A DNA stretch of 56,593 nucleotides from Halobacteriales archaeon QS_8_65_32 (GTDB lineage Archaea; Halobacteriota; Halobacteria; Halobacteriales; Halococcaceae). This document shows positions 1 to 10,286 of the stretch, one piece after another. A program made the position numbers and the translations under genes. Under the pieces are notes generated by a model. It was not told the origin of the DNA. It ran no database searches and worked only from the letters and a program-made list of their open reading frames with translations. Location: positions 28,111-84,703 of the forward strand of contig PXRY01000100.1 in assembly GCA_003022925.1 (NCBI GenBank), given 5' to 3'. The number at the start of each line of letters is the position of its first letter. Within the stretch, counting starts at the first letter, position 1.

Positions 1-200
1 AAGGTCCCGCTTGCAGCAAAAACGCTCCGCGTTTTTGCCACATTCACGAGAACTCCGTTCTCGTGAGTAAATTGGGAACTCTTCGAGTTCCCATTACATC
101 ACAAAGGACGCTTCGCGTCTTTCGAACGACAGCGAGCCCCCAAGCCGAGCGTGTCGGGGGCTTCCGAAACGGTCTCGGCGGTTCTTCCTCTGAAAGCTGC
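1..200 (+). repeat. Mosaic hairpin element, copy 1 (left part cut by window edge)
   Basis: Chain of short hairpins (GCAAAAACGCTCCGCGTTTTTGC, GAGAACTCCGTTCTC, GGGAACTCTTCGAGTTCCC, AAGGACGCTTCGCGTCTTT). It ends in the family right terminus AGCGAGCCCCCAAGCCGAGCGTGTCGGGGGCTTCCGAAACGGTCTCGGCGGTTCTTCCTCTGAAAGCTGC. Confidence 0.8.
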
Positions 201-298
201 TACACGAAATGCGACCGCCTCGGTCCTTCGGCGACTTCGACCCCGACGCCTCGTGGGGAAGCCGCGGGAGTTTTGCTCCGCCCGGACCTACCCCGAGT

Positions 299-784
299 AT
301 GTCGACGTACGAACGCGAGACTCGCGTCGCGGCTCCCCTGCCGGAGGTATGGGACTTTCACTCGCGGATCACCGGCTTAGAAGCGCTCACGCCCGACTGG
401 ATGAACCTGTTCGTCGAGGAGATCAGGGGGCCCGACGGCGAGTTCGACCCCGGAATCTTAGAGGCGGGTTCGGAGATCGACCTCGCGATGCGTCCATTAG
501 GTATCGGCCCGCGCCAGGAGTGGACGACCCGGATCGTCGAACGCGAGGAAAGCGAGGGAGCCGCCTTCTTCCGCGATACGATGGAGAACGGCCCTTTCGC
601 CCGCTGGGTTCACTCCCATTACTTCTACGCCGACGGGAACGGAACGAGGATCCGCGATCGCGTCGAGTATCGACTGCCCGGCGGCGAACTCGGCCGGGTG
701 GCCGGCCCCTTCGCGGTCGTCGGGTTCGAGCCGATGTTTCGCTACCGCCACCGCGAGGCCGAGCGGCTGTTCGGCGGTCGCTGA
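299..784 (+). CDS. SRPBCC (polyketide cyclase/dehydrase-like) family protein
   Basis: The ORF 209..784 carries an internal ATG at 299 (MSTYERETRVAAPLPEVWDFHSRITGLEALTPDW...), a typical SRPBCC N-terminus. The upstream part of the ORF overlaps the repeat flank. Confidence 0.75.
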   Translation: MSTYERETRVAAPLPEVWDFHSRITGLEALTPDWMNLFVEEIRGPDGEFDPGILEAGSEIDLAMRPLGIGPRQEWTTRIVEREESEGAAFFRDTMENGPFARWVHSHYFYADGNGTRIRDRVEYRLPGGELGRVAGPFAVVGFEPMFRYRHREAERLFGGR

Positions 785-880
785 CTGTCGTATTCGGAAG
801 ATGTCCACGGACCGATCGCCGTCAGGTGACGTGGGTATTGGTACCACGGTTGTATGCATCGACGCGATAGGAGACGGCGT

Positions 881-1434
881 ATGACTGACGTTGTCGTCGG
901 CGGCGGCCCCGCCGGCCTCAGCGCCGCGTTGTTCACCGCGAAGAACGAACTCAGTACAACGGTGTTCGACACCGACGAGACCTGGATGCACAAAGCCCAT
1001 CTCTGGAACTACTCGGGTATCGAGAGCCAGGACGGAACCGCCTTCACCGAGGCGTCCCGGAACAGGCCGACAGCTTCGGGACCGATCGCTGCCAGGGCGA
1101 GGCAGTCACCGAAGTCACCGAGAACGGCGAGGGCTTTCTCGTGGGTACCGACGAGGGCGAGTACGAAGCGCCCTACGTAGTTCTCGCGACCGGCGCGGAT
1201 CGATCGATCGCGGAGAACCTGGGGTGTGAGACGACCGATGATGGGGTCGTGGACGTCGGCGTAACGATGAAGACCTCCGTTCCGAACGCCTACGCTACGG
1301 GCGCGATGGTCCGCGCCGAGGAGTGGCAGGCCGTGATCTCGGCGGGCGACGGCGCTGCGGCGGCGCTCAACGTCCTCACCAAGGAAAGAGGCGAGCACTT
1401 CCACGACTTCGACGTGCCCGCCGACGCCGAGTAA
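881..1434 (+). pseudogene. FAD-dependent (thioredoxin-reductase-like) oxidoreductase, frameshifted
   Basis: MTDVVVGGGPAGLSAALFTAK (GxGxxG) in the frame of ORF 854..1180 continues as ..EQADSFGTDRCQGEAVTEVTENGEGFLVGTDEGEYEAPYVVLATGADRS.. in the frame of ORF 1141..1434. The frame switches at about 1056-1060 (tcccgg|aacagg), consistent with one missing base. Confidence 0.7.
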
Positions 1435-1617
1435 TCGGTCGGGTCGTCGACCACCCACCACGACCGGTGGCAACCACCGCAACCGGTGGTCCACCACAAT
1501 CGGTAAGCGCCTACCTGCGCGAGTACAACGGGAACCAATGACCGGCCCGAAGCGGACGACCCACCGCACCGACGGCGAGGACCACGCCCGCGGCGCGGTT
1601 CGCGGGAGCGCGATTCC

Positions 1618-2637
1618 GTGAGCGAACGCGGGTCCGACACGTCGAGCGCGGCAACCGGCACCGGTGGCCGTCTCGACGCCCTCGTTACCCGGTTCGAAGC
1701 GCGGACGCCGCCGCTAGCGGCGCTCGCCGTTGCCGTGATCGCGGTGAGCACGAGTGCAATCCTCGTTCGCTGGAGCGCGGCTCCGAGCCTCGTGAACGCC
1801 CTCTATCGGGTGGTCTTCACCATTGCGTTGCTCGGCCCGTTCGCACTCTCGCGCGGCCGCGGGGGCGTGCGGTCGCTGTCGGGCCGCGATCTTCTCATGG
1901 CCGGGCTGGCGGGCGTCGCGCTCGCGATTCACTTCGCCAGCTGGTTCGAGAGCCTGTCGTGGACGAGTGTCGCCGCTTCGGTCACCTTGGTCCAAGCCCA
2001 GCCGTTGTTCGTCGTGTTAGGCGCGGCCCTGTTGCTCGACGAGCGCGTGACGCGACGGATGGACCTCGGTATTGGCGTCGCCCTCTGTGGCATGGCGGTC
2101 ATGTCGCTCGGCGATCTCGTTACCGGGGCAACGGTCGCGGGCGCGCGGCCGCTCTACGGTAATGCGCTCGCGATCGTCGGCGCGATCACCGCCGCGGCGT
2201 ACGTGCTCGCCGGCCGGGCGGTGCGCCAGCGCGTCTCCCTGCTTCCCTACGTCGTCGTGGTCTATACGGCGTGTGCCGCGACGCTACTGGTACTCGCACT
2301 CGCTCGGGGCGCGGCGCTTTTCGCCTACCCGCCTCGCGAGTGGCTACTCTTCGTCGGCATGGCGGTCGGTCCGGGTATCTTCGGCCACACCGTTATTAAC
2401 TGGGCGCTCGCCCATGTCGAATCGAGCGTCGTGAGCGTTTCTTTATTGGGTGAACCCGTCGGGAGCACGCTGCTTGCCTTGTTGTTGCTTGCGGAGGTCC
2501 CGACCCCAATAACGGTGCTCGGCGGTGCGGTCGTCCTCGCCGGGATCTACGCGACCGCGAGCGCCCGGTCGACTGCTGATTCCGGCCCAGGGCAGCGACT
2601 GGTTGACAGTGCCGGCACCGATGCCGATGAGGCGTGA
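1618..2637 (+). CDS. EamA/DMT family transporter
   Basis: 339-aa ORF with about 10 hydrophobic segments and a duplicated EamA-like layout. GTG start. Confidence 0.8.
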   Translation: MSERGSDTSSAATGTGGRLDALVTRFEARTPPLAALAVAVIAVSTSAILVRWSAAPSLVNALYRVVFTIALLGPFALSRGRGGVRSLSGRDLLMAGLAGVALAIHFASWFESLSWTSVAASVTLVQAQPLFVVLGAALLLDERVTRRMDLGIGVALCGMAVMSLGDLVTGATVAGARPLYGNALAIVGAITAAAYVLAGRAVRQRVSLLPYVVVVYTACAATLLVLALARGAALFAYPPREWLLFVGMAVGPGIFGHTVINWALAHVESSVVSVSLLGEPVGSTLLALLLLAEVPTPITVLGGAVVLAGIYATASARSTADSGPGQRLVDSAGTDADEA

Positions 2638-2703
2638 GCTACCCTCGTACCCCAGTGCTGATCGGGCAGCGACGAATCGGCTCCCTTTCGTGCTGGAACG
2701 GCG

Positions 2704-2867
2704 GCATCCGCGAGCGAATGAAATGAGCGAGCGGTTCACCGCGACTGAGCGAGTGGTGCGAGCGGGGGAGCGGGCCGACGAGAAACCAACGGGAACGAGG
2801 AGTGCTTTCGATGAACGTTTTGCCAAGCGGGCCGCGTCAGCGGCGAGCGCAGTGCAAAACGTTCATG
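2704..2867 (+). repeat. Intergenic repeat family 2, copy a
   Basis: GCATCCGCGAGCGAATGAAATGAGCGAGCGGTTCACCGCGACTGAGCGAG... matches copies b, c and d. It ends in the inverted repeat ATGAACGTTTTGC / GCAAAACGTTCAT, which overlaps the valS stop codon. Confidence 0.55.
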
Positions 2868-5649
2868 GGAAGACGAGTACGGTCGCGGGCTCGGTTTCGA
2901 GCACGGCGACCTCCTCGCCGTCAGCGCGTGGCTCCTCGCGCACGTCGAGCGCCGCGGCGTCGAGCACGACCACCTCGCCGTTCGCGTCGAGTTCGATCTC
3001 CCCCGTTCGTTCGACCTGGCGCTTGATCTCGGCCGGGTCGGCGTCCTCCAACGCGCCGATCACCGCGCCCGCCTGGTCGCGGAACTCGGGGCCGATCACG
3101 CTGTGATCCGGTTCGATGCCGACGGGCACGAGCGTCACGTCCGGCCGGCCGGCCTCGACGTAGATCGGCGCGCCGACGGTCTCGCTCAGATCGTAGCTGT
3201 CGACCCCTTCGACCGCCTCGGCGTTCTCGGGGTAGATCTCGATCCGTTCCACGTCGGCGTTGAGCGCGCGGCCGGTCTCGGATTTCCACGCGCGAACCTC
3301 GCTCGCGACCGCGGCGAGCAGTTCGCCGCGGGCTTCTGCCCCCTCGTCGCGCTCGTCGATCGCGGGCCAGGCGGCGGCGTGAACGCTGCCTTCCGTTGTC
3401 GGTAGGTGGCTGTAGGCTTCCTCGGTCACGAAGGGTGCAAACGGCGCGAGCATCGCGAGCGACGCTTCCAATACCGTAGCGAGTGCCTGCCGGGCGGCGT
3501 CGCGCTCGCCGGGCCGGCCTTCGTAGAGCCGTCCCTTGACGAGTTCGACGTAGTCGTCGGCCAGGTCGTGCCAGACGAACTCCCGAACGGTGCGCAGCGC
3601 CCGATCGAATCGGTAGGCGTCCATGTCCGCCGCGACCTCCTCCGCGACTTGCGAGCACCGCGACAGGATCCACCGGTCAGCGTCCCGGTAGGCCGGTTCC
3701 TCGACCGCGAGGTCGCCTTCCAGATGGCCCGCGGCGAACCGGGTGATGTTCCAGACCTTCGTCATGAACCGGGAGGCACTCGTCACTTCTTTCGGTTGGA
3801 ACTGGATATCGCTGCCCGGCTGTCCTCCCAAGGCGATCGCCTGGCGGAAGGCGTCCGCGGAGTGTTCGGAAACGACTTCCTCGGGCTGGACGAAGTTGTC
3901 CCGGGATTTCGACATCTTGTTGCCGTCCTCGCCGAAGACCATCCCGTGGATCAGCGCTTCCTTCCAGGGGATTTCGTCTTCGAGCGCCGCGGTTCGCAGC
4001 AGGGTATAGAACGCCCACGTCCGGATGATATCGTGGCCCTGTGGCCGTAGCGAGACCGGTTCGAAGCTCTCGTCGGGCCACCCGCTGACGAAAAGCGGCG
4101 AGATCGACGAGTCCATCCACGTGTCCATAACGTCGGTCTCGCCCTCCCAGTCACTCGCCCCGCAGTCCGGGCAGTCCCCGATGGCGGGCTCGTCGTCGGT
4201 CGGTTCGACCGGCAGTTCTTCGATGTTCGCGACGTGGCCGTGCCCACACTCCGAACAGAACCAGGCGGGGATCGGCGTTGCGAACACGCGCTGACGCGAG
4301 ATCACCCAGTCCCACACCATCCCTTCCGCCCAGTCCTCCAAGCGCCCGTAGGCGTGATCGGGAATCCAGTCGACTCCCTTCGCTTTCTCCAGGACCGCCT
4401 CGGAATCGACGCGGACGAACCACTGTTCCTTGCTCAGGATCTCGATCGGCGTGTCACATCGCCAGCAAGCCCCGACGGATTGTTCGGTCGGTTCCTCGTT
4501 GTCGAGATAGCTGGCCTTTTGCAGTTCGGTGGCGATCCGTTCTTTCGCAATCCCGATCTCCTCGCCGGCAAAGTCGCCCGCGGCGTCGGTCAAGCGGCCG
4601 TCCTCGGTAAGGACCTGCCGCAGCGGGAGGTCGTAGGTCTGCCACCAGGTCACGTCCTGTTTATCGCCGAACGTACAGATCATCACCGCGCCGGAACCGA
4701 ACTCGGGATCGACGTCGCTATCGGCGATCAGTGAAACCTCCTGGCCGAACAGCGGCACTTCGAAGGTCTCGCCCGCCCGTCCGTCGTAGCGCTCGTCGTC
4801 GGGATGGACGGCGATCGCGACACACGCCGCTAACAGTTCTGGCCGGGTCGTTGCGATCTCGATGTCGCCATTGTCGCCGTTCTCTGCGCTGCCGTGGTCC
4901 TCGTCGTTCTCGGTGTCGCCGCTTTCGGCGTCGTCGCCGTCGGCGGGTTCGTCTTTCGCTCCGGGGAACCGAACGTAGTACAGCGCCCCGCCACGATCGA
5001 TCGTCTCGACTTCGGCGTCGGCGATCGCGGTCTCACAGCGCGGACACCAGTTGACGGGATGTTCGTCGCGGTAGACGTACTCGCCGTCGTGCATTTCGAC
5101 GAACGATTGCTGGGTTCGGCCCCAGTAGTCCGGATCCATCGTCCGGAACTCCGCCGACCAGTCCTGCGAGAGGCCCAGTCCTCTCATGGTCTCTTTCATC
5201 GAGTCGATCTGGGTTTCGGTATGGGAGATGCACCACTCGCGGAACTGCTCGCGCGAGACGTCGGTCCGGTGGACGTCCTGGTTTTCCTCGACTTTGACTT
5301 CGGTCGGGAGGCCGTGACAGTCCCAGCCCTGGGGGAACAGGACGTTTTCGCCCCGAAGGCGGCGATACCGGGCGGCGAAGTCCATATAACACCACCCAAG
5401 GGCGTTGCCGATGTGAAAGTCCCCGGTCGGGTACGGCGGGGGCGTGTCGATCACGTACTCCGGCCGATCGGCATCAGCCTCGTCACCGTCGGTGTCGTCG
5501 GTACTGTCGATCTCATCGGTGTCGGTCGTATCGTCGGTTTCGGTACCGTCTGTGGCTTGTTCGTACTGGTAGAGATCGCTATCGGCCCACCGGTTGCGCC
5601 ACTTCGATTCTGCCTCGTCGGGATCGTAGCTGTCTGGAATCTCGCTCAT
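2863..5649 (-). CDS. valS: Valine--tRNA ligase
   Basis: 928 aa class I aaRS with a HIGH-type motif ([28 protein letters not shown]) and KMSKS ([10 protein letters not shown]). The archaeal ValRS-like layout carries acidic insertions. Confidence 0.9.
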   Translation of the reverse strand: MSEIPDSYDPDEAESKWRNRWADSDLYQYEQATDGTETDDTTDTDEIDSTDDTDGDEADADRPEYVIDTPPPYPTGDFHIGNALGWCYMDFAARYRRLRGENVLFPQGWDCHGLPTEVKVEENQDVHRTDVSREQFREWCISHTETQIDSMKETMRGLGLSQDWSAEFRTMDPDYWGRTQQSFVEMHDGEYVYRDEHPVNWCPRCETAIADAEVETIDRGGALYYVRFPGAKDEPADGDDAESGDTENDEDHGSAENGDNGDIEIATTRPELLAACVAIAVHPDDERYDGRAGETFEVPLFGQEVSLIADSDVDPEFGSGAVMICTFGDKQDVTWWQTYDLPLRQVLTEDGRLTDAAGDFAGEEIGIAKERIATELQKASYLDNEEPTEQSVGACWRCDTPIEILSKEQWFVRVDSEAVLEKAKGVDWIPDHAYGRLEDWAEGMVWDWVISRQRVFATPIPAWFCSECGHGHVANIEELPVEPTDDEPAIGDCPDCGASDWEGETDVMDTWMDSSISPLFVSGWPDESFEPVSLRPQGHDIIRTWAFYTLLRTAALEDEIPWKEALIHGMVFGEDGNKMSKSRDNFVQPEEVVSEHSADAFRQAIALGGQPGSDIQFQPKEVTSASRFMTKVWNITRFAAGHLEGDLAVEEPAYRDADRWILSRCSQVAEEVAADMDAYRFDRALRTVREFVWHDLADDYVELVKGRLYEGRPGERDAARQALATVLEASLAMLAPFAPFVTEEAYSHLPTTEGSVHAAAWPAIDERDEGAEARGELLAAVASEVRAWKSETGRALNADVERIEIYPENAEAVEGVDSYDLSETVGAPIYVEAGRPDVTLVPVGIEPDHSVIGPEFRDQAGAVIGALEDADPAEIKRQVERTGEIELDANGEVVVLDAAALDVREEPRADGEEVAVLETEPATVLVFP

Positions 5650-5811
5650 CTGAATGTTCGTCGGTGCGGAGTCGTCGCTGTCGGTCGTCGATACGACGCG
5701 TCGAAAACGGTGACGCGGCTACGGACGTACTACCGCGGGTGCGACGCGCATATCGATACGAGACCGTCGGTGCTGATAAAACTTGGCGGTCGCAGCCCAG
5801 TAGTGTTCGAT

Positions 5812-6149
5812 GCAACAGTTTTCGAGAAGGGGGCCGCCGAGACCGTCTCGGAAGCCCCCGGACGCTCGACTCGGGGGGCTCGCTGCGCGCCTCGTCTCAC
5901 TCGCTGTGCTCGTTCGCCTGTCGTTCGAAAATCGAAGATTTTCGTGATGACAAGAGACGCTTCGCGTCTCTTGAACTACGGTGCTTACGTCGCCCGCCGT
6001 CGTCGAGCGGGAGGTCGGCTCCGCCGACCTCGGAATCCGTGGTCGTTCGAGAGAGCGGAACTCTCTCGTGATGAACGAAAGACGCCGGAGGCGTCTTTCG
6101 AACCACGGCGAAGCCACCACGCGCCCGGCCACTTCCAGTCCCACCCGAA
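5812..6149 (-). repeat. Mosaic hairpin element, copy 2
   Basis: The + strand starts with the reverse-complemented right terminus (GCAACAGTTTTCGAGAAGGGGGCCGCCGAGACCGTCTCGGAAGCCCCCG). Hairpins are AAGAGACGCTTCGCGTCTCTT, GAGAGAGCGGAACTCTCTC and GAAAGACGCCGGAGGCGTCTTTC. It ends with CGCCCGGCCACTTCCAGTCCCACCC, the reverse-complemented left terminus. Confidence 0.85.
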
Positions 6150-6230
6150 ACGGTATGCGACGGTCTTGGCTGCGTACTTGAACACCGCTGGTGAGTCCGG
6201 TGTCGGTGGCGATCGACCTGCAACCGTCGA

Positions 6231-8204
6231 CTACCCTTCGCCGCGGTCGGCGCGGTGCTCGCTGATCAGTCGATCGACCATCGACTCGCGACGGTCCTGG
6301 CGTCGCCGTTCGGCGCGTTCTTCCCACTCGTCGATCACCGTCTCGGTCTCGCGCTCGCGGGCAACGGCGAGTTCGTCGACCTCCTGGATCGTCACGTCCT
6401 CGGCGGGCCCGATCGGAACGTCGTGCTCGAACAGTTCCTCGTCGGAGACCCGCGAGAGCCCGCCGGTCGCAAGTACTACCTGGGGGTCGATCTCCGCGAG
6501 GCGTGCAGCGGCCTCCCGGCCGGCACCCGACGCGTCGCGTAGGAACACGACATCGCCCGCCGCGAGCCCGAAGCGTTCCTCGGCGTCGCGGATGGCAGAG
6601 ACGGTGAACTTCTCGACCGGTTTGACGGGCACGAGTCCGGCCTTCTCTTCGGCAACATCTGCAAAGTTCGAGTGATCGAGCCGCCAGAGCGCCTTTAGCC
6701 GGTCGAGTTTGTCTTCGAGCGCCGCGACATCGTTGGCTTCCGCATCACGTTCGCGTTCGAGCCGGCGGTTCTCGCGCTGGAGGCGGGCGACCTCGCGGCG
6801 CTCGCGGGCCTCCCGGCGTTCCTCCCGGCGCGCCTCGGAGAGTTCGTCCTCGGTCTCCTCGATCCGTTCGTCCTTGTCCTCGATAGTCGCTTCGAGATCC
6901 GAAGCGTACGCTTCGAGACGTTCGACCCGCGATTCGAGGCGTTTGATCTCCTCTTCTTCGGCCGAGAGTTCGCGCGGTTCGGGGCCTTTCTCCTCGGATT
7001 CGTCCTCGTCGGTCTCGGTCAGATCGCGGAGGACGGCCTCGACCGATTCCTCGCCGGCGATCACCCGGGCGATCACCTCGCCGCGATCGAGCCTGGGGGG
7101 TACCTTCTGCGTGATCCGCTCGAAGCGCTCGGTGTGCTCGTCAAAGGCGAACAGCGTGGCGGCCATCGCGTCGCGCTCGTGGTCGTTGTCGTAGCCCTCC
7201 TCTCGGGTCCGGTGTTGTTTCTCGTCGATCGGCAGGTCGCTTTCGGGAGTCCACCCGGCGGCGGCGAGGCTCCGGCGGATCTTCTCGACAGTAGAGGGCA
7301 TCGGCGTCACGTCCGCCGCCACGACGACCGGGCGGCCCCGACCGATGATCCACTCGATGACTTCTGCGGTGTCAGCCGTTCGCGTGTGCATGACGTCCAA
7401 CACCTCGCCGTCCAGATCGCAGATCGCGACGGCGGTGGTGGTGCCCGGGTCGATCCCGACGAGAACGTGATCGCGGCGTTTCGCGAGCGGCGCGAAGGTA
7501 ATGCCGTCGCGCTGGATCGACTCGACCTCGACGCGAACGTCGCCCGATCGGGCCGCCGAGACCGGGACGTCCGCCTTCGGGGCTTTGACCTCGAAGACGG
7601 CGTTCGCGTAGCCGCCATACTTCTCGGTGGCGTCTGTCTCGTAGTCCAGTCGAGCGTCGTCGAGCGCGGACTGGACCTCGCGGGCCTGGTGGCGAACCGC
7701 GCCGTGGATGCGTCGGGTGTACCGGTCCGCGGACCAGCCGCCCTTGCCCGTCGATCGGCCCCGCGAGACCTTTACTTTCGTTCGGTCGGTAAACGCCGAA
7801 ACTTCCTGGCCGACGTTCGCGGCGGCGAGGCGGGCGGCGGCTTCGGCTTCTTTCATGGGCTTTTTGTCGTAGGGCACGCCGTGGCGGGAGGCGACTCGCG
7901 AGAGGGATTCGGGCTGTTCGGCACCGGTTACCTGCACGAGTTTCGTCCCGTCGGGCAACCCCCGCAGGAGGTGGACGAGGGCGTCCTTGTCGGCCGCCAG
8001 TTCGTAGACGTTGTCGATGGCGACGATCCCAGGGGTCTCCCGGTCGATCAGCCGAAGCAGCTTCCGGCGGGAGACGACGTCGCGATCGATGTGCTCGCCG
8101 TCGAAGGCGACGACCGCATAGGAGGGGTTGTTCCCGCGAACGTCCCCGCTTTGAACGTCGACGCCGAAGACCAGCGTATCCAGAGCACGTGGGCGAGAAC
8201 TCAC
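6231..8204 (-). CDS. DUF460 domain protein (predicted RNase H-fold nuclease with C-terminal coiled coil)
   Basis: LVFGVDVQSG.. N-terminus, a second RNase-H-like block VLVGIDPGTTTAVAICDLDGEVL, and a long Glu/Arg coiled coil. The likely start is GTG at 8204, 25-30 nt downstream of a TTTATA box. The maximal ORF extends to 8285. Confidence 0.8.
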   Translation of the reverse strand: MSSRPRALDTLVFGVDVQSGDVRGNNPSYAVVAFDGEHIDRDVVSRRKLLRLIDRETPGIVAIDNVYELAADKDALVHLLRGLPDGTKLVQVTGAEQPESLSRVASRHGVPYDKKPMKEAEAAARLAAANVGQEVSAFTDRTKVKVSRGRSTGKGGWSADRYTRRIHGAVRHQAREVQSALDDARLDYETDATEKYGGYANAVFEVKAPKADVPVSAARSGDVRVEVESIQRDGITFAPLAKRRDHVLVGIDPGTTTAVAICDLDGEVLDVMHTRTADTAEVIEWIIGRGRPVVVAADVTPMPSTVEKIRRSLAAAGWTPESDLPIDEKQHRTREEGYDNDHERDAMAATLFAFDEHTERFERITQKVPPRLDRGEVIARVIAGEESVEAVLRDLTETDEDESEEKGPEPRELSAEEEEIKRLESRVERLEAYASDLEATIEDKDERIEETEDELSEARREERREARERREVARLQRENRRLERERDAEANDVAALEDKLDRLKALWRLDHSNFADVAEEKAGLVPVKPVEKFTVSAIRDAEERFGLAAGDVVFLRDASGAGREAAARLAEIDPQVVLATGGLSRVSDEELFEHDVPIGPAEDVTIQEVDELAVARERETETVIDEWEERAERRRQDRRESMVDRLISEHRADRGEG

Positions 8205-8228
8205 GGACAGGAGTACGAGCGAGGGAAG

Positions 8229-8234
8229 TATAAA
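8229..8234 (-). promoter_or_regulatory. TATA box for the DUF460 gene
   Basis: The minus strand reads TTTATA 25-30 nt upstream of the GTG at 8204, the spacing expected for a leaderless haloarchaeal transcript. Confidence 0.4.
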
Positions 8235-8468
8235 TTCGGTGGGGGCGGGACCAATCGACCGGAGGTCGATCGTGGTTCTCGGCACGAACGGGATAACAGC
8301 CGTTTCGTTTCGAGCGCAATGTCACGATGTTTATGCCGCTCGGGTAATACCGGTAGGACGAGAGCATCCGAACGCCATGTGGACCGAACGCACGATCGAA
8401 CCGGCAGTGACGAACTACAGAGGGTCGAACCGGCGGCCGAACGCCGACCGACGCCACGATGGGGGCGA

Positions 8469-10058
8469 ATGAGCTGCGCTCGTCCCGGCTCCGATCGGAG
8501 CCGGGGACGGTCGGCGGTCCTCGCGCTCGTCGTAGCCGCCCTCATCGTCGCACCGGTGGGGCTGTCCCTCGCAAGCACGCCGGCGAGCGCCCAGCAGGCC
8601 GGCGGGGAAAACGGGGAGGGAACAACCGACATCGTCGTCCGCCAGGGCGGGCAGTGCTACCCGGTCGAATCCTTCGGCAACGGCACTACCTCGGTACAGG
8701 AGTTCTATAGCTATCGGAACCCCGTCAGCGAACCGACGGGATGGTACTCCGCGTACGGGGAGCTAGCGGATCTCCTCCGCGAGGATACGAGCCAGGTCCT
8801 GCTCTACAACGGCTCGAACGGCCTCTCGCTCGTGTTCGTTAACGACGGCGTATCGACGGTGAACGGAAGCGGCGGAACGGCCACAATCGACGTGACCGGC
8901 CTGCCCGCCGACGGCAACTGGTCGGTGCAGGACGACGACTACCCCGGCCAGGACGACGTCTTCGACGTCGGCGGCTCGTCGGCGCACGTCGAGTGGGTCT
9001 GGAACGAGGGCAACCGCTCGGACGGGGCGGCCTTCGTCGGTCTCGGCGGAAGCGACTGGGAGGAGATCACCGTCAGACCGCGATTCAACGAGGCCTCGCC
9101 GCGCTATCCCTCCGAGAAGTGGGACGGCCCGCCCGAATCGAACCAAGTCGAACGCTGGGTCGTCCGCAGCGCGAACGAAAGCGCCAGCGCAACGGCGACG
9201 AACACTACGGACACTACCAACGGAACGAACGCCACCACGAACCGGAGCGTAACGACGGACACCGACGCGAACGCGACCGACGGGAACGGAAGCGCAACTC
9301 CGAACGCTACTGTGTCGGCGAGCGCCACCACAGAGGCGAACACGACCGACGGGAACGAAACGCGGAGCGCGAACGGGACGGCACCGGACGCTGGCGGGAC
9401 GAACGGAACGGTGTACGAACTGAACATGAGCGAGCCGATCACCGTCGCCCGCGGTCCCTGTGACGACGAGCCGCCGGCCGCCGCGCTCACGGCGAGTTCA
9501 CAGAATCCGACCCTCGGGGCCGAGGTAACGCTCGACGCGAACGGATCGACCGACAACGATGCCATCGCCGCCTACCGCTGGGATCTGAACGGTGATGGTA
9601 CCGTCGAGACCGTCACGAACGGATCGTCGCTCACCGCCACGTACAATCAGTCGGGGTCCTACGACGCTCGAGTCACCGTCATCGACCACGCGAACAACAC
9701 TGCGAACGCCTCCGTCTCGCTCCAGGTCGAAGAAGAGACGACTACGACGACCACTACCACGACACCCACGACGACCGCGACGTCAACGAACGCGCCGACG
9801 ACGGCTACGAACGGGGGAACGACCGACACGCCGACGACCGCTGGCGGCAGCGGTGGGACGACCGACGCCGCAGCACCGACCACGGAGGGCGAGTCGGGCG
9901 GCGACCCGACCGGCGGGTCGGACATCCGTCGGGAGGTCGAACGTACCGTCGATCGCGTCTCGAAGAGCCTGAGCGGAATGGACGACGCGAGCCTCGTCGG
10001 CCTCGGGGTGCTCGCGGTCGCCCTCGTGGTTATCGGGCTCGTCGTGTTCCGCCGCTGA
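8469..10058 (+). CDS. Secreted cell-surface glycoprotein with PKD domain, Thr-rich linker and C-terminal membrane anchor
   Basis: ATG at 8469 gives an N-terminal signal (MSCARPGSDRSRGRSAVLALVVAALIVAPVGLSLASTPASAQQ). It carries a dense N-X-S/T tract, a PKD-like repeat (YRWDLNGDGTVE..YNQSGSYDARVTVIDHANNTA), a T9 run and a terminal TM helix followed by RR. Confidence 0.8.
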   Translation: MSCARPGSDRSRGRSAVLALVVAALIVAPVGLSLASTPASAQQAGGENGEGTTDIVVRQGGQCYPVESFGNGTTSVQEFYSYRNPVSEPTGWYSAYGELADLLREDTSQVLLYNGSNGLSLVFVNDGVSTVNGSGGTATIDVTGLPADGNWSVQDDDYPGQDDVFDVGGSSAHVEWVWNEGNRSDGAAFVGLGGSDWEEITVRPRFNEASPRYPSEKWDGPPESNQVERWVVRSANESASATATNTTDTTNGTNATTNRSVTTDTDANATDGNGSATPNATVSASATTEANTTDGNETRSANGTAPDAGGTNGTVYELNMSEPITVARGPCDDEPPAAALTASSQNPTLGAEVTLDANGSTDNDAIAAYRWDLNGDGTVETVTNGSSLTATYNQSGSYDARVTVIDHANNTANASVSLQVEEETTTTTTTTTPTTTATSTNAPTTATNGGTTDTPTTAGGSGGTTDAAAPTTEGESGGDPTGGSDIRREVERTVDRVSKSLSGMDDASLVGLGVLAVALVVIGLVVFRR

Positions 10059-10286
10059 CCGATCGGCCTACTGGACCCGCAGGAACTCCGCGGCGCGATC
10101 CCGACGGCCGCTCGGCGGTCGACGGGCTGGCGCGGGAGGCTGGCGTCTCGGTTCGTGACGGAGGCCGGGATTGAAGGGGAGATCGAAGCCGCGTTCTCGT
10201 TTCCGAGCGCCAGCTATTAAACTCGGACGGCGGACGTCAGTTGCCGAGCGCACGGTGGCGGGTAACGGGCGACTGACGACCGACGG

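Noticed and set aside
5940-6080. GTGATGA heptamers in the mosaic elements resembling box C (RUGAUGA) of C/D box sRNAs
   Set aside because: The heptamer recurs in linkers on both strands (for example at 5943, 6068, 32250, 43074 and 51643). I could not find correctly spaced CUGA D boxes, terminal stems or plausible guide regions, and the pairing partner sequence is GAAC, not CUGA.
4894-6675. 593-aa ORF spanning the valS 5' end, mosaic element copy 2 and the DUF460 3' end
   Set aside because: It is antisense to two well-supported genes and crosses an ORF-free repeat. Its composition (Arg/Ser/Val) is artefactual.
7134-10058. 974-aa ORF, the longest + strand ORF in the window
   Set aside because: Its first 445 codons run antisense to the DUF460 gene and are Arg/Gly/Val-rich with no domain. 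A signal-peptide-bearing ATG at 8469 gives a coherent secreted protein, so only 8469-10058 is called.
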